Origin: Lama glama
Taxonomy: Eukaryota
Length of the DNA: 64,000 nucleotides
Reading direction: 5' to 3'
Assembly: GCA_028534125.1 (NCBI GenBank)
Contig: CM052818.1
Location: 10,170,001-10,234,000 of the forward strand
Position 1 is the stretch's first letter, and each line of letters starts with the position of its first letter. Shown piece by piece: positions 62,401 through 64,000 of this stretch. Position numbers and translations under genes: made by a program. The notes beneath the pieces are model-generated. The model did not search any database and was not told where the DNA came from. It saw only the letters and a program-made list of their open reading frames with translations.

Positions 62401-62934
62401 CCTTCTATCACAGGAAGATGGTTATTAAAGCAGTGCTGGATCCTACCTTGGCAGTCAAAGTGTATGCATAAAAATACATTGGTTGCCGAATTTACTTCCT
62501 GTTCCCTTTCTTCCCGTTCAAAATAGTAATTGATGCTCCCCGCCCCCCAAACAGATGTTCTCAGTTTTTTAGAACGTTGTGGGGTGGCAGAGTGTGTGTG
62601 GGGCAGCAGCTGGTGATAACATCTTTTATTTTTTATTTTCTGGATGTGGGTTGGAGTTAGAATCAGGATTTAGAAATGGGGAAGCCGTGGCTTGTGGTCC
62701 TGCATCCTGACATCTTACACTACATCTCAGGTAGCGTTTGTCCTTATGAGTCAAACCTGCAACCTATTAGCAAGTAGGTTGCATCTTTATATTATGTAAA
62801 TTATACCTGCTTGTGGTAAAAAAACAAAAACAAGAACAGAAAACAATCAGAATGTTTCCTTTTCTCCAATATCTCTCTCCAGAGGAAACCACTGTTAACA
62901 GTTTGATGTGTATCCCTTGCAGATAATAATATTG

Positions 62935-63180
62935 ATGACAACTAACTTTTAATATATGCCAGACCCTATTCTAAGTGCTTTACCCATATGATCTCATTCA
63001 GTCCATACATGAGTCCTATGAAGCAGGTATTATTATTTTCTCCATTTGACAGATGAAGAAACTGAAGCACTGAGAAGTTAAACAATTTGCTCAAGACCAC
63101 ATAGGTAGTAGGAGATGAAGCCAGGATTGATACTCAAGCAGTCTGAGTTCTGAATCTGTGCTCTTAATTATGAGTTTATG
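62935..63180 (-). mobile_element. MIR within an old antisense L1ME remnant (~62780-63510)
   Basis: TTCTAAGTGCTTTAC...CCATTTGACAGATGAAGAAACTGAAGCAC...GTTAAACAATTTGCTCAAGACCAC. Confidence 0.8.
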
Positions 63181-63617
63181 CTGACTCTGTGAATGTATAT
63201 GATATGTATTCACACAATTATATACTTAGTCCTTACTTAAAAAAGCAAAATCATAGTATACGTGTTGTTCCACAATTTGCTTTTTTGTTTGGGTAAATAA
63301 TAAAAATGTGAACATTTTCCCATGTCAGTATATATAAATCCACTTCATCCTTTTAAAAATCTGCATAGAATCGTCCCAATGTACCATCATTATTTAGTGA
63401 TTCTCCTATTGGTGGCCATTTGTTTTCTTTCCAGATTTTTGCTATTATAAACAGGTATTTGCTGTTTCCAGATTTTGCTATTTTTGCTATTGCAGGGAAC
63501 ATTCTGACAACAGTAGCAGCACCAACAGCTACCACTAACCCTGAACAGTATGCTTACTATGGGCAGGGTCCCGTTTTAAGCTCTTTCCATGTATGAACTC
63601 ACTTAAACAAACATGTT

Positions 63618-63911
63618 TTTTAAAAAATTGAGTTATTAGTCAGTTTACAATGTTGTGTCAATTTCTGGTGTACAGCACAGTTTTTCAGTCATACGTGAAT
63701 GGTACATATCTTCGTTTTCATATTCTTTTTCACCGTGAGCTACTACAAGATCTTGTATATATTTCCCTGTGCTATACAGTATAAACTTGTTTATCTATTC
63801 TATATATACCTGTTAGTATCTATAAATCTTGAACTCCCAGCCTGTCCCTTCCCACCCGCCTCCCCTCTGATAACCACAAGTTTGTATTCTATGTCTGTGA
63901 GTCTGTTTCTG
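63618..63911 (-). mobile_element. Short 5'-truncated camelid-type L1 3'UTR insertion
   Basis: TTTCTGGTGTACAGCA...TTCCCTGTGCTATACAGTA...TCTATGTCTGTGAGTCTGTTTCTG; TSD TTAAACAAACATGTT (63603-63617) / TTAAACAAGCATCTT (63912-63926). Confidence 0.9.
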
Positions 63912-64000
63912 TTAAACAAGCATCTTGGTGTGAATGATCAAGTATTTCTACAGGTTAGATGCCTGGAAGTGGGGATGCTAGGTTAAAGGCCAAGTGCATT

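Noticed and set aside
1..64000. CRISPR array, rRNA, NUMT, operon-like or prokaryotic system
   Set aside because: I saw no regularly spaced repeat-spacer array, no rRNA or mitochondrial similarity, and no gene-dense segment. The window is mammalian repeat-rich DNA.

Overview
Mammalian non-coding DNA (intergenic or a large intron), most likely camelid: a tRNA-Ala-derived Vic-1-type SINE and artiodactyl-type L1s are present, and I saw no Alu, B1/B2 or Bov-tA/BovB elements. I found no intact protein-coding gene or convincing exon. The window holds ancient repeats (MIR, L2, MLT1/MER77-type LTRs, MER20/MER58/MER5 hAT elements, L1M fragments), younger L1 insertions with target-site duplications (TSDs), a processed RPS15 pseudogene (40938-41412, minus), microsatellites, and several repeat-poor, motif-rich blocks that may be enhancers. 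The most notable items are: (1) a 4.6-kb end-to-end L1 that keeps its 5'UTR, ORF1 and 3' end but lacks the RT domain, with microhomology at three deletion junctions (possible non-autonomous family); (2) an unexplained ~600-bp AT-rich but CpG-retaining block with palindromes (~50520-51120); (3) an unexplained 32-bp direct repeat 1.08 kb apart containing a FOX/GATA composite. I could not demonstrate a new biological system from sequence alone. Repeat subfamily names come from recalled consensus sequences, and boundaries of old repeats are approximate.
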